From NCBI GenBank assembly GCA_030704615.1, contig CM060733.1, positions 14,570,001 through 14,634,000 of the forward strand: DNA of 64,000 bases. The letters are read 5' to 3'. The position numbers were made by a program, and so were the translations under genes. Below, piece after piece: positions 1-11,652 of this stretch (positions are counted from its first letter, which is position 1; each line of letters begins with the position of its first letter). Under the pieces are notes generated by a model. The model saw only the letters and a program-made list of their open reading frames with translations, was not told where the DNA came from and did no database searches. Source of the stretch: Takakia lepidozioides. Its lineage: Eukaryota; Plantae; Bryophyta.

Positions 1-240
1 ATTAAAAAAAGAAATAGCGACCGCTATCTTTGTAGTCGCTTAAATTTAAAAATATACAAAACAGAAGTTACCGCAATATTGCACAAAATGAAAGGAAATA
101 AAAACGACCGCAGTAGTGGCGGTCGCTTGTTTTTCATAAAAAATACAAATACGGACCGTAGTATTAGCGGTCGCTTAATTTCAAAATTACAACAAATATG
201 GTTGTACAACCTTTTTTGGGTGGGCGCTATTGGTTCGTCA
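1..240. repeat. Subterminal repeat array (GCGACCGC / GCGGTCGC inverted pairs) of a CACTA-type DNA transposon, running off the window start
   Basis: Repeated AGCGACCGC..GCGGTCGCTT pairs in AT-rich spacers; same motif as the array at 57808-58672, which ends in a CACTA terminus. Confidence 0.65.
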
Positions 241-603
241 TTTATTCATTTAACTTTCATTTCACTTTCATCTCTCTTGGATTATATATAAGGGAGGAGG
301 GTCACCAAGCTCCTCACTTCTTTTGGCGCAAATACTTGAGGTTGCTTTGGATGTTCTCTTCTATTGAACGAGAGTGTAGCCCTAGATGAGGGTGCGCACC
401 TTTTGCCGTTGTGGCTTCCACCAAAGCCACTTCAGCAGATTGTGTATAAGCTCAACACTACAACCCACATCGACCCACTTGGGTTGCTAACAGGTGTAGA
501 AGTGTTGGGCTATCGCATTGCACTCTACATTCACAACACGTTTATTTATAGGTGACTGTTTTTTGTTGTTTGCATCGCTAGGTCCCAGCGGAGTGGATAT
601 TGG

Positions 604-2653
604 GTGAAGATGAGGGAGGAATGGAGCCCTTGGTATACGACAATCCCGAACACTGTCAGTGCCACTGGTAGTGTTGAGTGCAACCTATGTGAATTAAAAC
701 TTTCTTATCGTAAGGATCGGTTGCTTGCTCACCTCGGCTATAAAGCTGTGAAGAGCGCTGGGGTGGGTTTATGCCCCAAAGCATCTAGCGGATAAAAAGC
801 CACTTTGCCTAGTGTGGAGGTAATATTCCAATGTCTTTGGATCTGGACATGACCTCTGAGCAGAACACTCCATCTTCCCGTTAGGATGCCCCGATTAGTA
901 CCCAGGTGGGCGACTATTGTGAGGCTTCGGGTGTCCTTGGACAAGTGGGTTGTGCCGGAGCAACACCTGCTTCAACATCTCTTTGTGCCCATACACTTCA
1001 ACGGAGTAGAGGATTACGACAGCAATCCATTCAAGAATGTCTTAACTTATCTGCAAAAAGACAGTTGGATAAAAAATGGGCGCAGTTTTTCTTCGAGACC
1101 AACATACCATTTAATGTGGCAAGGTTTCCGGCATTTGCCTCTGCTGTTAGAACAACCTCGGGGTCCAGATCTACGTACGTGCCTCCGACTTATCACAATC
1201 TCCGCACAGGATTGCTAGAAGACGCCATGACCGAGCTTACCCAAAAGGTCAACGATAGGACGGGCGAGTGTATCAAAAAATATGGAAGCACTATATGTGC
1301 CGATGGTTGGAGTTCTGTCACAAACAAACCGTTGTTCAATGTCATGCTCGTATGTCCAGCTGGGGAACAATTCTTGGGATCGGTCGACACTAGCGGCGAG
1401 AAGAAAGATAGACGTTATCAATGCCAACTATTGACGGACTTCATCGAACAGGTCGAAGTGATAGAATCGTGCAAATATGCACAGACAATGCCGCTAACAT
1501 GAGAAACACTGCAGACATGTTGTTGGCACGTTATCCCCATATGTACTATTAAGGTTGTGCTGCTCATATTCTTGACCTCCTTTTGGAAGATTGGGGAAAA
1601 GAACAGTGGGTGAAACAACTTGTCAAGCGAGCGAAGACTGTTGTGTCGTTCATCCACACACACCACATCCCTTTGGCAATATATAAGAGGCATGAACCCA
1701 AATACAGCCTCCGCAATCCAGACGAAACTCGTTTTCCCACTAACTTCTTGATGGTGGATCGGTTGGTGACGGTGAAGAACAGTCTGGAGCACACCATCAT
1801 CGATCCTCAATGAGATGCGTACACACGGACATTGCGAGACTCCAGAAAAACCAAGTCATTGGGCAAAAGTCGAAAAATTCGAAATAACATTCGCAGCGAT
1901 GATTTATGGAAGAAATGTAAAAACTTTGTTTATATGGTTGAGCCGGTGTTAATCGTCTTGCGGGAGTTTGATGGAAAGCAACCAGTAATGGACAAGGCAT
2001 AGTTACTAATGCAAAATCTTGAGAAACACGTCCAATCCTTGAGGCATCCTCTCTTCTCATTGGAACCTGAACTTGCGGACAGTGCTGAGGATGCATTTTA
2101 CGACCGTTGTTCGATGGTTCGAACGGACTTGCATTATGCGGGGGCTTTGCTCAATCAATTCTTGCTCGACAATACCATGCTCCGAGACGACGCTGATGCC
2201 AAGGGCGGCCTCGTGCGAGTGCTCATACGACTGGCTCCGCCGAATCATGCAGAGAGAGCTATATCCGAATACCAATGCTTCTCAGATCGTCGCGACCCTT
2301 TTGAGGACATGTCGGATCCAAAAGAGCTTAATATGCTGCCACATGAATGGTGGGTTCTGATTGGAGCTGGAGCAAGAACATTGGTTCTCATTGCGAAGCG
2401 TATCTTTGCTCAAGTGTGCTCTGCCTCATCTTGCGAACGCAATTGGAGCAGTTACTCATTTGTTCACAACAAGATTCGCAACAGGTTGAATCCCGCGAGG
2501 GCTGACAAATTGGTGTATGTGTATACCAATTGCCGACTGTTACGTGAGAGGGCAGCAGATGATGCTGCAGCATGGTATGAGAGGAATTTGCATTCCGAAG
2601 ACTCTGCTTCTGAGGCTGATTCGATGAGTGACGATACTGAGCCTAAGAAATAA
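604..2653 (+). pseudogene. hAT-family transposase (BED zinc finger, DUF659-like catalytic region, hAT dimerisation domain), disrupted
   Basis: VECNLC..RLLAHL BED finger; FFFETNIPFNVA, TICADGWS, ETRF, EWW, CSASSCERNWSSYSFVHNKIRNRL motifs spread over ORFs 604-795, 906-1502, 1583-1813 and 2009-2653, separated by stops and frameshifts. Confidence 0.9.
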
Positions 2654-3139
2654 TCATCTCAGAGGGAATCATCTGCCTCCGATAGTGAAGATGGATCCGA
2701 TGATGCTCCCGAAAATGTGTATGACCCGTTTATATTCACAAATGATGATGCTTATATCCAGCCAACCTTTGATGACCTTCTTGAAGAAGTGCGTATCGCA
2801 GATGAAGATGACGTATTGTCCCTCCATTCCACCAGCGAGTATAACCCTCTACCTCACGTGCATTCACAGCAAAATACGAGATAACACCCGGATGCTGGAA
2901 CTTCACTACCAAACACTCGTCGTTATGTTGTCTCAACGTCTTTTCTGGATTTTTGGACTTGGGTTTTTTTCCCGCTAGCTCCCAACGCTCCGGTATTCTA
3001 GAATCGCCAACAATCCTATAGTGACGGACCTTAACATACCCTCATTCTTTGTAAGGGCCAATCTCTACCACCTTCGCACTAGAGTTCAGGTAATAAAGAC
3101 CAGTTGTGCCTCCCCCGCCCGATGACCCCGCCTTCCTGG

Positions 3140-3725
3140 GGTCAGAAAAGTGTCTCATTCTCCCCTCCCTCCACACTCTGTTATCTGTTTGTAGATACTT
3201 TCCTGCTGTCACCTCGGCAATTATTTGCAAAGTCACTCAAAACCACCACTTATCCACCCAACGAGCTAACTTACATAATTCAGAATGCAAATTCAGGGCT
3301 GAATCTGATGAGAGGGCAAAACAGGCTGAAATAGGTCGAAGAAGAAGGTGCCCTCACCATAAATGTGTTGAAGAATGTACCTTCATCAGCAGTGCCGTGC
3401 TCTATCAATTGCGCTGCTGCCGCTACTGTTTCCAGTTTACCATCCACCCACATTGTCCCACCATTGACTGGGGTCAGAAAAGTGTCTCATTCCAAAGCTT
3501 CTCTTCATCTATGTTATCTGTTTTTGTGTACTTTCCTGCTGCCACCTCGGCAGTAACTTGCAAAGTCACTCCAAACCATCCCAATGAGCTAATGAGTCTG
3601 ATGAGAGGGCAAAACAGGCTGAAATAGGTCGAAGAAGAAGGTGCCCTCACCACAAATATGTTGAAGAAGGTACCTTCATCAGTAGTGCCTTGCTCTATCA
3701 ATTGCGTTGTTGTCGTTGCTGTTTC
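3140..3725. repeat. Two tandem copies of a ~300-bp unit that recurs at 23845-24460
   Basis: GGGTCAGAAAAGTGTCTCATTC...CTTTCCTGCTG.CACCTCGGCA...GATGAGAGGGCAAAACAGGCTGAAATAGGTCGAAGAAGAAGGTGCCCTCACCA occurs twice. Confidence 0.85.
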
Positions 3726-4171
3726 GCCTTGAAATTGGCAGGCTTGAGCAGAATGCACATGACGGTCCCACTGGGATGAACCTCCTATCGTGTGGGCAAC
3801 GCCACTATTCTCTCTAGCACTCACCAACTGGCTGCCCCCACCACCTGCTTCCATGAAAACACCCCAAGCTTGCAATCCTTATGCCAATGTATCTTTAAGC
3901 TGAAGGAGGTTGTGGGCGATAAGTGCACTCAAGCAAGCACATTAGAGTTAGTCGTATCTCAGCTTGAGCCTTGCACGTACTGTTGCCATTTTGTCACCGT
4001 GACGAAATTAATTTCTCACGCCAACAAGGAAGCTGATATGAAACTTGAAAACTCAACTCCAAGCATTACTAAAATCAAGCGAATGTTTATTAAAGCATGT
4101 ACCCCCCGTGTCAGATTCCAGTGATGGAAACATCATGTTCGCCATGGAGATCAATTAATTAAAGGGCATAC

Positions 4172-5598
4172 CTTGCCCCAGACAGAGAAGCTACCGTTCC
4201 ACTCAGGGTGGTCTTCTAGATTGACAAAGAACTCACTAGTCCCCTGCACACCACCGAGGTCATTTTTTTGTACTATAAAGAATTCAGAAGTCGCAATGCA
4301 GAACTTTGACATCAGGAAAAAAAATGCAATAACAGCCAGAAAATCAAACAATCTGGAAACTGCACAAACCTCTAAAACAGTCCAACTTCTCATGAGGACT
4401 CTCACCGTGATAAGTGAGACTGACCCTTTGCTATTATTCAACCTGGTCTCTAGAGGTAGCTCTTTGTTTTCTTGGCGACCACACGAGTAAAGTCCCCCCT
4501 GCAGCAATGCATACGTGCCACCTCCACCATTTTTTTCCTCCTCACAAAGGAGTAAGAGAACCTGATAGGGTAAACCATGTAACTATCTTAGAACCTGGAA
4601 CCTGGAAACCTTGCTCCAAAGGAGATAGGTACCCTTTCAAATGATCTCCAGAGGAGGGGATGTTGTCCCCACAGGGGCCACTAATCCGACACAGCCCTTT
4701 GTAGAGTCTAACTCTGTGGGGTGTGCAAATCAGCCTGAAAGTGCATCAGCACTCACTCTGGCAGAATTGTTGGTGTAGGCATCTATCTTGCATGTAATGC
4801 AAGTAGTTGTGGCTTGCCTGCCGGGATATCGTAGAGAGGGAAGGGCATAATTGAAACTAGTGAAAGAGTCTGGGAGAAAAACACGGGGCTTACAGAGAAA
4901 GGCTGTTGTTATCTTTTGCTTAACCAACAAAAGCAAAGAGCACGATCCAGATCAAGATAGTCAAGCGCTCATGACTGAGTATATATATACATCCACGCTT
5001 CCATCTTCTCTCTCAATCTCTCAAATCAGGGGTAGCAGGATATCATATGAAACAGGACAAAGGCACACCATCCACACTGGAGGCTGGCTCCAGCAGCAAA
5101 ATCCTTGCTTTGTGCCTGATATGTGCGAGTGCCGAGAGCCAAAGGAAAGGTCAAGCAGACTATGCTCTGTATGTTAATAATGAAAGGGTGGAAAAAGATT
5201 GCAAGCATACCCTTTCCGAGAACCGACACGACCATCATCGGCAGTTTCACCAGGTGGCTCAGCACGGTACAAGGCAGAACCATCAAACAGGCAACGGCTG
5301 GCAAGACTCTACATGCCACGCATAATATCACCCATCCATCCACATGTTTCCTTTCATATTACATCCATTTATCATTGTACCTGTTGAACTCCAAAACATT
5401 ATTGCAGATTATGCTACCATAAGGCCTGTAATCACTTGCTTCTGAACTATTTTCACAAGGATCAGAAAAGTGCAACAATGACTGGACACTACCAAGAAGT
5501 GAAGAACTATTTTCATTTCACTCTCAAGCTCAGAACCTTACCTTCACATATCTAACAGTCTTGGGTGCAGCATCCATTTGAAGCTCCACATGGATACC
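4172..5598 (-). pseudogene. Cyclophilin-like peptidyl-prolyl isomerase domain gene, partial exons (5542-5598, ~4406-4561, 4172-4243)
   Basis: GT-AG bounded exons translate to GIHVELQMDAAPKTVRYVK, GGGTYALLQGGL...KGSVSLIT and GTSEFFVNLEDHPEWNGSFSVWGK, matching cyclophilin-fold motifs; start and end exons could not be resolved. Confidence 0.6.
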
Positions 5599-6043
5599 CT
5601 ACAAAATTTTGTTTCAGTCTCAGATCTTCTCCTCTCCAACTCAGCATGATTGACAACATTCAGCCAAAGCTGTGAGAAGATGGGTTAAGACTTGAGTGAT
5701 AAAGCAATTTTGGGGTGAGGGGTAGGTTAAACAAAGTGTTAAATGTGCCTTTCTAGTACTGAATGACTCTTGCACACAGAGTACATAATCATTTTTTATT
5801 GCAGCCTTTGGTCAAACTGCATGAATAGGCGGGATAATCTGTCATATTGATAACTGATTCCACATTATTAGTTAGGCGTTCAACATGGTCCATTAATTTG
5901 AAACAGAGGTGGAGATACTGTCCCCCTCTTTCAGAAATCATCATGGACATTCAGAACCAGGTATTTTCTCTTGCACAAAGTGCCGAGAACATATTTTTAA
6001 CTCACTGACGTGACTAAGTTTACAAGCAAAATAATCCATTTCA

Positions 6044-6243
6044 TGTCACGGACATAGCCCAGAGGAACTTACCAAGAGTAAATACCAGAAATTACCAAGT
6101 TACCATGACTTACCGTGATTTACCATGATCTACCATGATTTAACATTACTTACCAAATTACCGGGGGTTTATCAAATTACCAAGAGTAACTTGGGAAACT
6201 GCTCAGGAAGCTTCCTTTGGAGGAAACTTCTCCATCAAGATAC
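6044..6243 (+). repeat. Element A 5' LTR, first part (U3)
   Basis: Near-identical to the start of 22736-23351 (TGTCACGGACATAGCCCAGAGG); stops at the nested insertion. Confidence 0.92.
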
Positions 6244-7151
6244 TGTCACACGGCTTTTACTCACCCATCCCTTCGCCATCCGAGGGGGAAACTCCAAGAT
6301 AGAAGAGTTGGATATCTCTAAGCATTCAGCCCGCGTGAAACAATCAGTCATGACCTGCAGCTAGTGAATCATTGTTGGGTTTCCAATTATATTTCTTATC
6401 AGTTTATATTCCCTGTTTATCATGACCAGGTATCTTTTTAAGCGTCAGATTGCTTCTTGGGCCCCCTGATTTCATTCATACACAGCTTCACTCAAGTCTC
6501 TCAACACAAGGTGTTTGTATCGGATGAGAATCAAATTAATCATAATCGGATATATGCTGATGTCCTAACTTCTCTAATCTATCCCTCTAAGTAATCCTAC
6601 ATCTCGTACTAACTCTGTCCTATAGTATCTCCTTCCTCCTCGCCAGCTTCCCTTCCTTCGATCTTAGTCCTCCCCCAGGAGTGATCTCCGTGGCAAAAGT
6701 CCCCCAGCAGTGATCTCCTCCCCAGTGTTCCCCAAAAAGTGATGCTCTCCCGTCTCCGCTGCCCGCTTTATCTCCTTCCCCCCTGTTCTAACCGTTTTCC
6801 TTCACTAACCGTCCTCCGTGAATTACATGTTCCCCGGCAGATGTTGTTCCCCACAATCGTTCCATGTCATGATAACCGTTCCCTACGACTGTGACAGCTG
6901 TGACTGACTGTGCGACTGTGTCAGACTGTGACGGCTGTTTCGGGCTGTGTCGGGCTGTGACTTGCTGTGACGGGCTGTGACTGTGTCGGGCTGTGTATGG
7001 CTGTGACGGTCTGTGACTGTGTCGGGCTGTGACTGGCTGTGACGGGCTATCTCAAAAATTTAAGGGTACCCCTCAGAACCCATAGAAGTGTCTAAGTCTC
7101 AGACTCCACAGAACCCATAAAAATGCCTAAGTCCCAGACTGCCTCCTAACA
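6244..7151 (-). repeat. Element B 3' LTR, containing a GGCTGTGAC-type tandem array (~6890-7050)
   Basis: Direct repeat of 18393-19295; adjacent minus-strand PPT GAGAGGGGAAGGGGTAA. Confidence 0.95.
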
Positions 7152-7189
7152 TTACCCCTTCCCCTCTCAAAAAGCCGTGTCCTCACGGT

Positions 7190-10100
7190 TTACTGCTTAG
7201 GATCAGTAAATCTTTGTGAACGTGGTCCTGTCTGTTTGTGAGAGTGCCGTGGAGGGCTCTCTGTACGTGCCCGAGTTCTATGACTGCTTGCTGGAGATGC
7301 TTGAGCTGTACTTGAACCTGATTTGTTGCCCTTTGACTGAACCGGCAGTAATGGCTCTGGTGTGGGAGATCCCCGTCGTTTCTTGTCGTGCAGTGCTTGA
7401 TCATATTCCTCCCATATGTCAAGAGTTTGTTCTGAAGTTTCAGCTGTTGTGTCCGAATCTGCTTCAGTCCTGCAATTTTTTGGTTTTCTTGCCTTTCTTG
7501 GTTTCTCTGGAATGAAAATTGGCATACAGTGTGGCCCCACCATGTCAGGAACCTTAAGCTTCACAACGTTGTGTAACCTGTTGAAAGCAAGTTGATTGAA
7601 CTTCAACAATTCCTTCTCAGTATAGGTGAGAGGTGTGCCAGTAACTTTGGAGCAATATAGGTATTGCCAAGCTGTCTGCTCCTTATTAAAAATGTCGTCA
7701 ATATGCCGTTTTTCGTTGCTCAAGTTGTTCCAGGCCATGTTAAACCATGAACGGAGTTGTGAATCCCTTTGTAACATGATTTTCACATCATATAAATACG
7801 TATGATGCGGCACCATAGGTAAGGTCCAATGATCTGTAGTGGAATAAGTCAGAAATCTGAACTGCATCTTCTGCTGCTCAATGTGGTAACGTGCAATGAA
7901 ACAAGCAATATAATAAATTCCACAGCCCATGACCAAACTCGCTACTTCCTTTGTTTTGGTGTGAATGTGCCCATGAACAACCTGGAAAGCTATTAACTCC
8001 TTCAACATGGTGCCTGCCTCAGACCAGTACCTTGAAAAATGATGATCCTCAATGAGCTGATTCATTGCCAGAATCTTAGTCCGAGTGGCCACTGGCAACC
8101 AAATGCGCATTATTTGGTAGTAGTGTGGAAAGGATTGTGGAGGACCAAATTGATTCCAAGCCAAATCCAAGCTATGTGGAATTTCATTGAAGGGCATGAT
8201 CATTGCTTGGTTGTATTCCCGTGCAGCATGAGTCTTGGGTGGTTTGAAAGCAGCATTTCCCATACCTCAGGCCGTGCAACTGCTGTCATAGGAGATTCAG
8301 TAACCTGTACAGTCATCTGCTGTGAAACTGGTTCTATTGGTGTTTCCACCATTGGCATCCCCTGTACTTCTTGCGAAGAAGACCCGAAAACTAGAGTTTT
8401 GGCCCTCAAATACGCCTCCATGAGATGTTCTTCAGGAATCATGAGCCTTTGGTCTATGTTTGAACTCAAGTCCTCCACTTGAGTCTGCAGTGTATCCACA
8501 TTCTCTTGGAGCTCTCCTATTCTACTATAGACATTGTCTATAGTAGTGGTGGCAATATTCTGCACTTGCAGCCTCAGGTCATTCATCTCCCCCTGGGTGA
8601 GCTTTCTCGGTGCTTTCCCTTCCACTGGCCCTTGTGCCAACCATAGTTTTTAAAGTTGGTCATCCACTCTGTCCTGTGTAACATCTCTGAGACTCTGCTC
8701 CTCCTTGAGTTTGTAGGCATCTAACTGCTGTTGCAATCCTTGCATGCGCTTCTCATGAGGTTCAACTAAATTGGCATAAGCTGCAGCCAGATTATTGGCT
8801 TCCCTCGCTGCCTTGTTAGCTACAGAGAGTTGATTCCTATTTGATATAAGGGTCTGTTGTAACTCCACAATGTACTTCTCCTGGTTAGCCTCAACCTGTT
8901 TGTATTGCTGTAAAGCACCCTCATTGTGACATATTGTATCTTTGAGGTCCACAATGAATTTGGCTTGCTCCACTACCTCCGTTTCTGCCCTTACACATCG
9001 CTCCCTCTGCTGGTTGGCTTCTGTTGTGGCTTGCTCTAGAACATTTGTGAGGGTGGCACATTGCACCGTCATTCTTTGATGTACTACCCCCAACTCTGCC
9101 TGTTGTTCCTTTAGTCCTTGCATTTCATCCTCATGCTTGCTCTGCAATTGGAATAATTGCTGCTTGTGTCCTGCAGATGGTCTTGCTCCAGACCCCCCTC
9201 AATCAGTTGCTGCTTAGCAAATTGCAGAGCATTCTTTGTTTCCCTTAACTCCTGTTGCAACTGCAGATGCACTTCCATCTCAACTTTGTTATACCCTCGG
9301 TTGCCAACCGATTTTCGAACTCTCTTCTGAGTTCCTCCTTCAGAACTTCCAACTGAGTCACTGGAACATGTGACTTCATGTAAGTTCCCAACAAATTGAG
9401 GGTTCGGCTTATGGAGTTCATCAGCATAGCCTGCTGAGGCCCATCATGGTTAACATGCTGCTGTTCACCCCCCTCATCCATAGGATGATGCCTCACAAAT
9501 CACTCAGGCCACTGCTCCACCAGATCCTCCTTCTCAATTTCCTCATTTCTCCCAGATGCTGCTGTGTCCTGATGTTCCTCTTCTGGAACTTGTGGCGCTG
9601 GTGGGGGTATTACCTGCACATCAGGAAGTTCACTGGACAGATTTTGGACCTCTGGCTCCACTCTCTCTCTGAGCAAACTAGAGTCTTCATAGAGAAGATC
9701 ACCTCTCTCAATCTCTGCCACCACTTGCTCTATAGTTGGAATATCTAACCCTTCTGTTTCCAAATCTATTATTTGTGGAGGAACCGCATGGACCACTTGT
9801 GGTAACTCTCTGGCAAGCCGTTCACCTGGCTGTGATGGCTGTGATACTGAATTGACTTCCTGTTCCCTCTCCACAGGTTGTGTTGTTTGTAACCCTTGAT
9901 CTCTGTGCTGCTGTACCCTCTCCTGCACAAGAGCTTGAGTAACTTCTTCCTCCGGCTGCCTTGTAGCCAATGGTTCGGCTTCCAACGTGATCCATTTCCT
10001 TTGTTTTTTGGGCTGTTGATGCTCTGCCAATCCCCTTCACCCTGTGAAGAACCTTGCTCTTCTATGGTAGTGGTTGTTATTTCAAACACTCCCATTTCCT

Positions 10101-10739
10101 TCCTTTCTCTCGCATCAAGTACGCATGAGTCTAGGATGATTTGTGCAATGACTGGCCCAGATACTATGATAGGAGATTTAGCGGCAGTTCCCTGCAATCT
10201 TTTCATCTCCTCTACCAGTCCGTTGTACATGATGTTCTCCCATGCTACCTCTTCTCCTCTCAGGCCTTTGAGTATTTCCTCTGTGAAGCATCTGCTCAAA
10301 TATTGCTGGTTCTGTTTCATGGCAAACAGAACGTTCAATATCTGGCCACCTCCCTGAGCCCTGGGTACACCGCTTTGGTACAAGCATAGCCTTGAGTTTT
10401 AAAGAAACTCGCTTCTTCAAACAAATCTTTCATCTGCAATCTAGCCTTGTGCTCGTCCACATGAACCTGACCTGCTGGCAATGAAAACAGTTGCTGTAGG
10501 TATAAGGGAGTAAGTTCTAATTCAACTCCCTTCACCATTGTGGCTCCTGTCTTTGGGTCAAAGTTCTGCAAGAATTCTAACATGTACTTCCGATGGTGCA
10601 ATGTCCAATCTTTGTTTTGCAATCCTTGTAATCGCAGTTCCGTCAGTAACTTCACCGCGTATGGCGTCGCAATCGTCTGTTTCTGCAGGATTGTGGTGCT
10701 TTTCACCTTGATGTCCTCCATCCCTCTTACTCTCTTCAT
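7190..10739 (-). CDS. Long extra ORF downstream of pol (about 1180 codons if frameshifts are repaired): plant-transposon-protein-like N-terminus, acidic linker, coiled coil, novel C-terminal domain
   Basis: Seven abutting or overlapping minus-strand ORFs tile 7190-10739; LEFLQNF..TMVKGVELELTP.YLQQLFSLP resembles Athila/Tat accessory-ORF motifs; Q/E/L-rich heptad region at 8500-9500. Confidence 0.7.
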
Positions 10740-11449
10740 TTTAGAGAAACCGTAAGGCTGTGGCTGTAACAACTGAAGTAATGCCTGCAGAGCACAAAGC
10801 ACAAACGGATGATTGGCACAAAATGCTATGGGTAGTGTCCTGTAAACCTGCGGGGCTTGCAAGCATTGATCAAGAGAAAAGTTACTCTCTGTTGTTCTAT
10901 TTCCTCGCCACTGCGTGAGTAGTATCGCGAGCATATAATCTGCTAGTTCCCTCATAGCTTCAAAACCATCGCATTGATTGTCTGTCTCGTCAAGACGCCC
11001 GTTACCTGGAACGACGCCGACTCTTGCGCTCAGAACCATTTCACTTTCTTGAAGTTGCTCCTGCTTCATGATTGGCTGTAACCACTGTGATTGGATTTTA
11101 GAATTAATTTTCTTTAGTGGATTTTCCCTGCTGGCCTGTCCACTAGGATAACACACGTGACAAGAAATTCGTTTTTCTGTACTCGCCGTATGTTCCGTTA
11201 CCCTTTTTCCGTATGCATTAATGGGCCCGCCATTCATCCTCTTTGACGTAGTAGTAGGTACTTTGACGACCACTCCTGTCCTTTTTCTTGATGACACTTG
11301 TTCTTGCAGCTCCTTCTCAGTTGTGCGTCACGGCCTGACTTCCACGCGTCCACTTTTAAACTGACTTCCGCCCTTTCTTCCGCCGGCCATTTCCCTGATG
11401 TTTTCTTTCGTCCACCTGTCACTAATCCTATGGACTGTGTAATTCTGAT

Positions 11450-11652
11450 TGGCTGTGTGAGGCTGTGACAGGCTGTGCCGCCCTGTGCTAGGCTGTGCGC
11501 GACTGTGTGACACTGTGTTGGGCTGTGATAGGCTGTGTGACCCTATGCTGGGCTGTGATGGGCTGTGTGACCCTGTGTTGGGCTGTGATGGGCTGTGTGA
11601 CCCTGTGTTGGGTTGTGATAGGCTGTGTGACCCTGTGTTGGGCTGTGATAGC
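11450..11652. repeat. Internal 30-bp tandem array (GGCTGTGATGGGCTGTGTGACCCTGTGTTG) related to the LTR array
   Basis: Six to seven visible units sharing the GGCTGTG core with 6890-7050 and 19040-19190. Confidence 0.9.

Noticed and set aside
7190-10739. Retroviral-type env gene
   Set aside because: No signal peptide, mostly hydrophilic or coiled coil, and only one marginal hydrophobic stretch
10740-11297. N-terminal 186 aa of ORF 10335-11297 as real coding sequence
   Set aside because: Composition looks like a CpG-rich leader; recognisable protein character starts at the ATG at 10739
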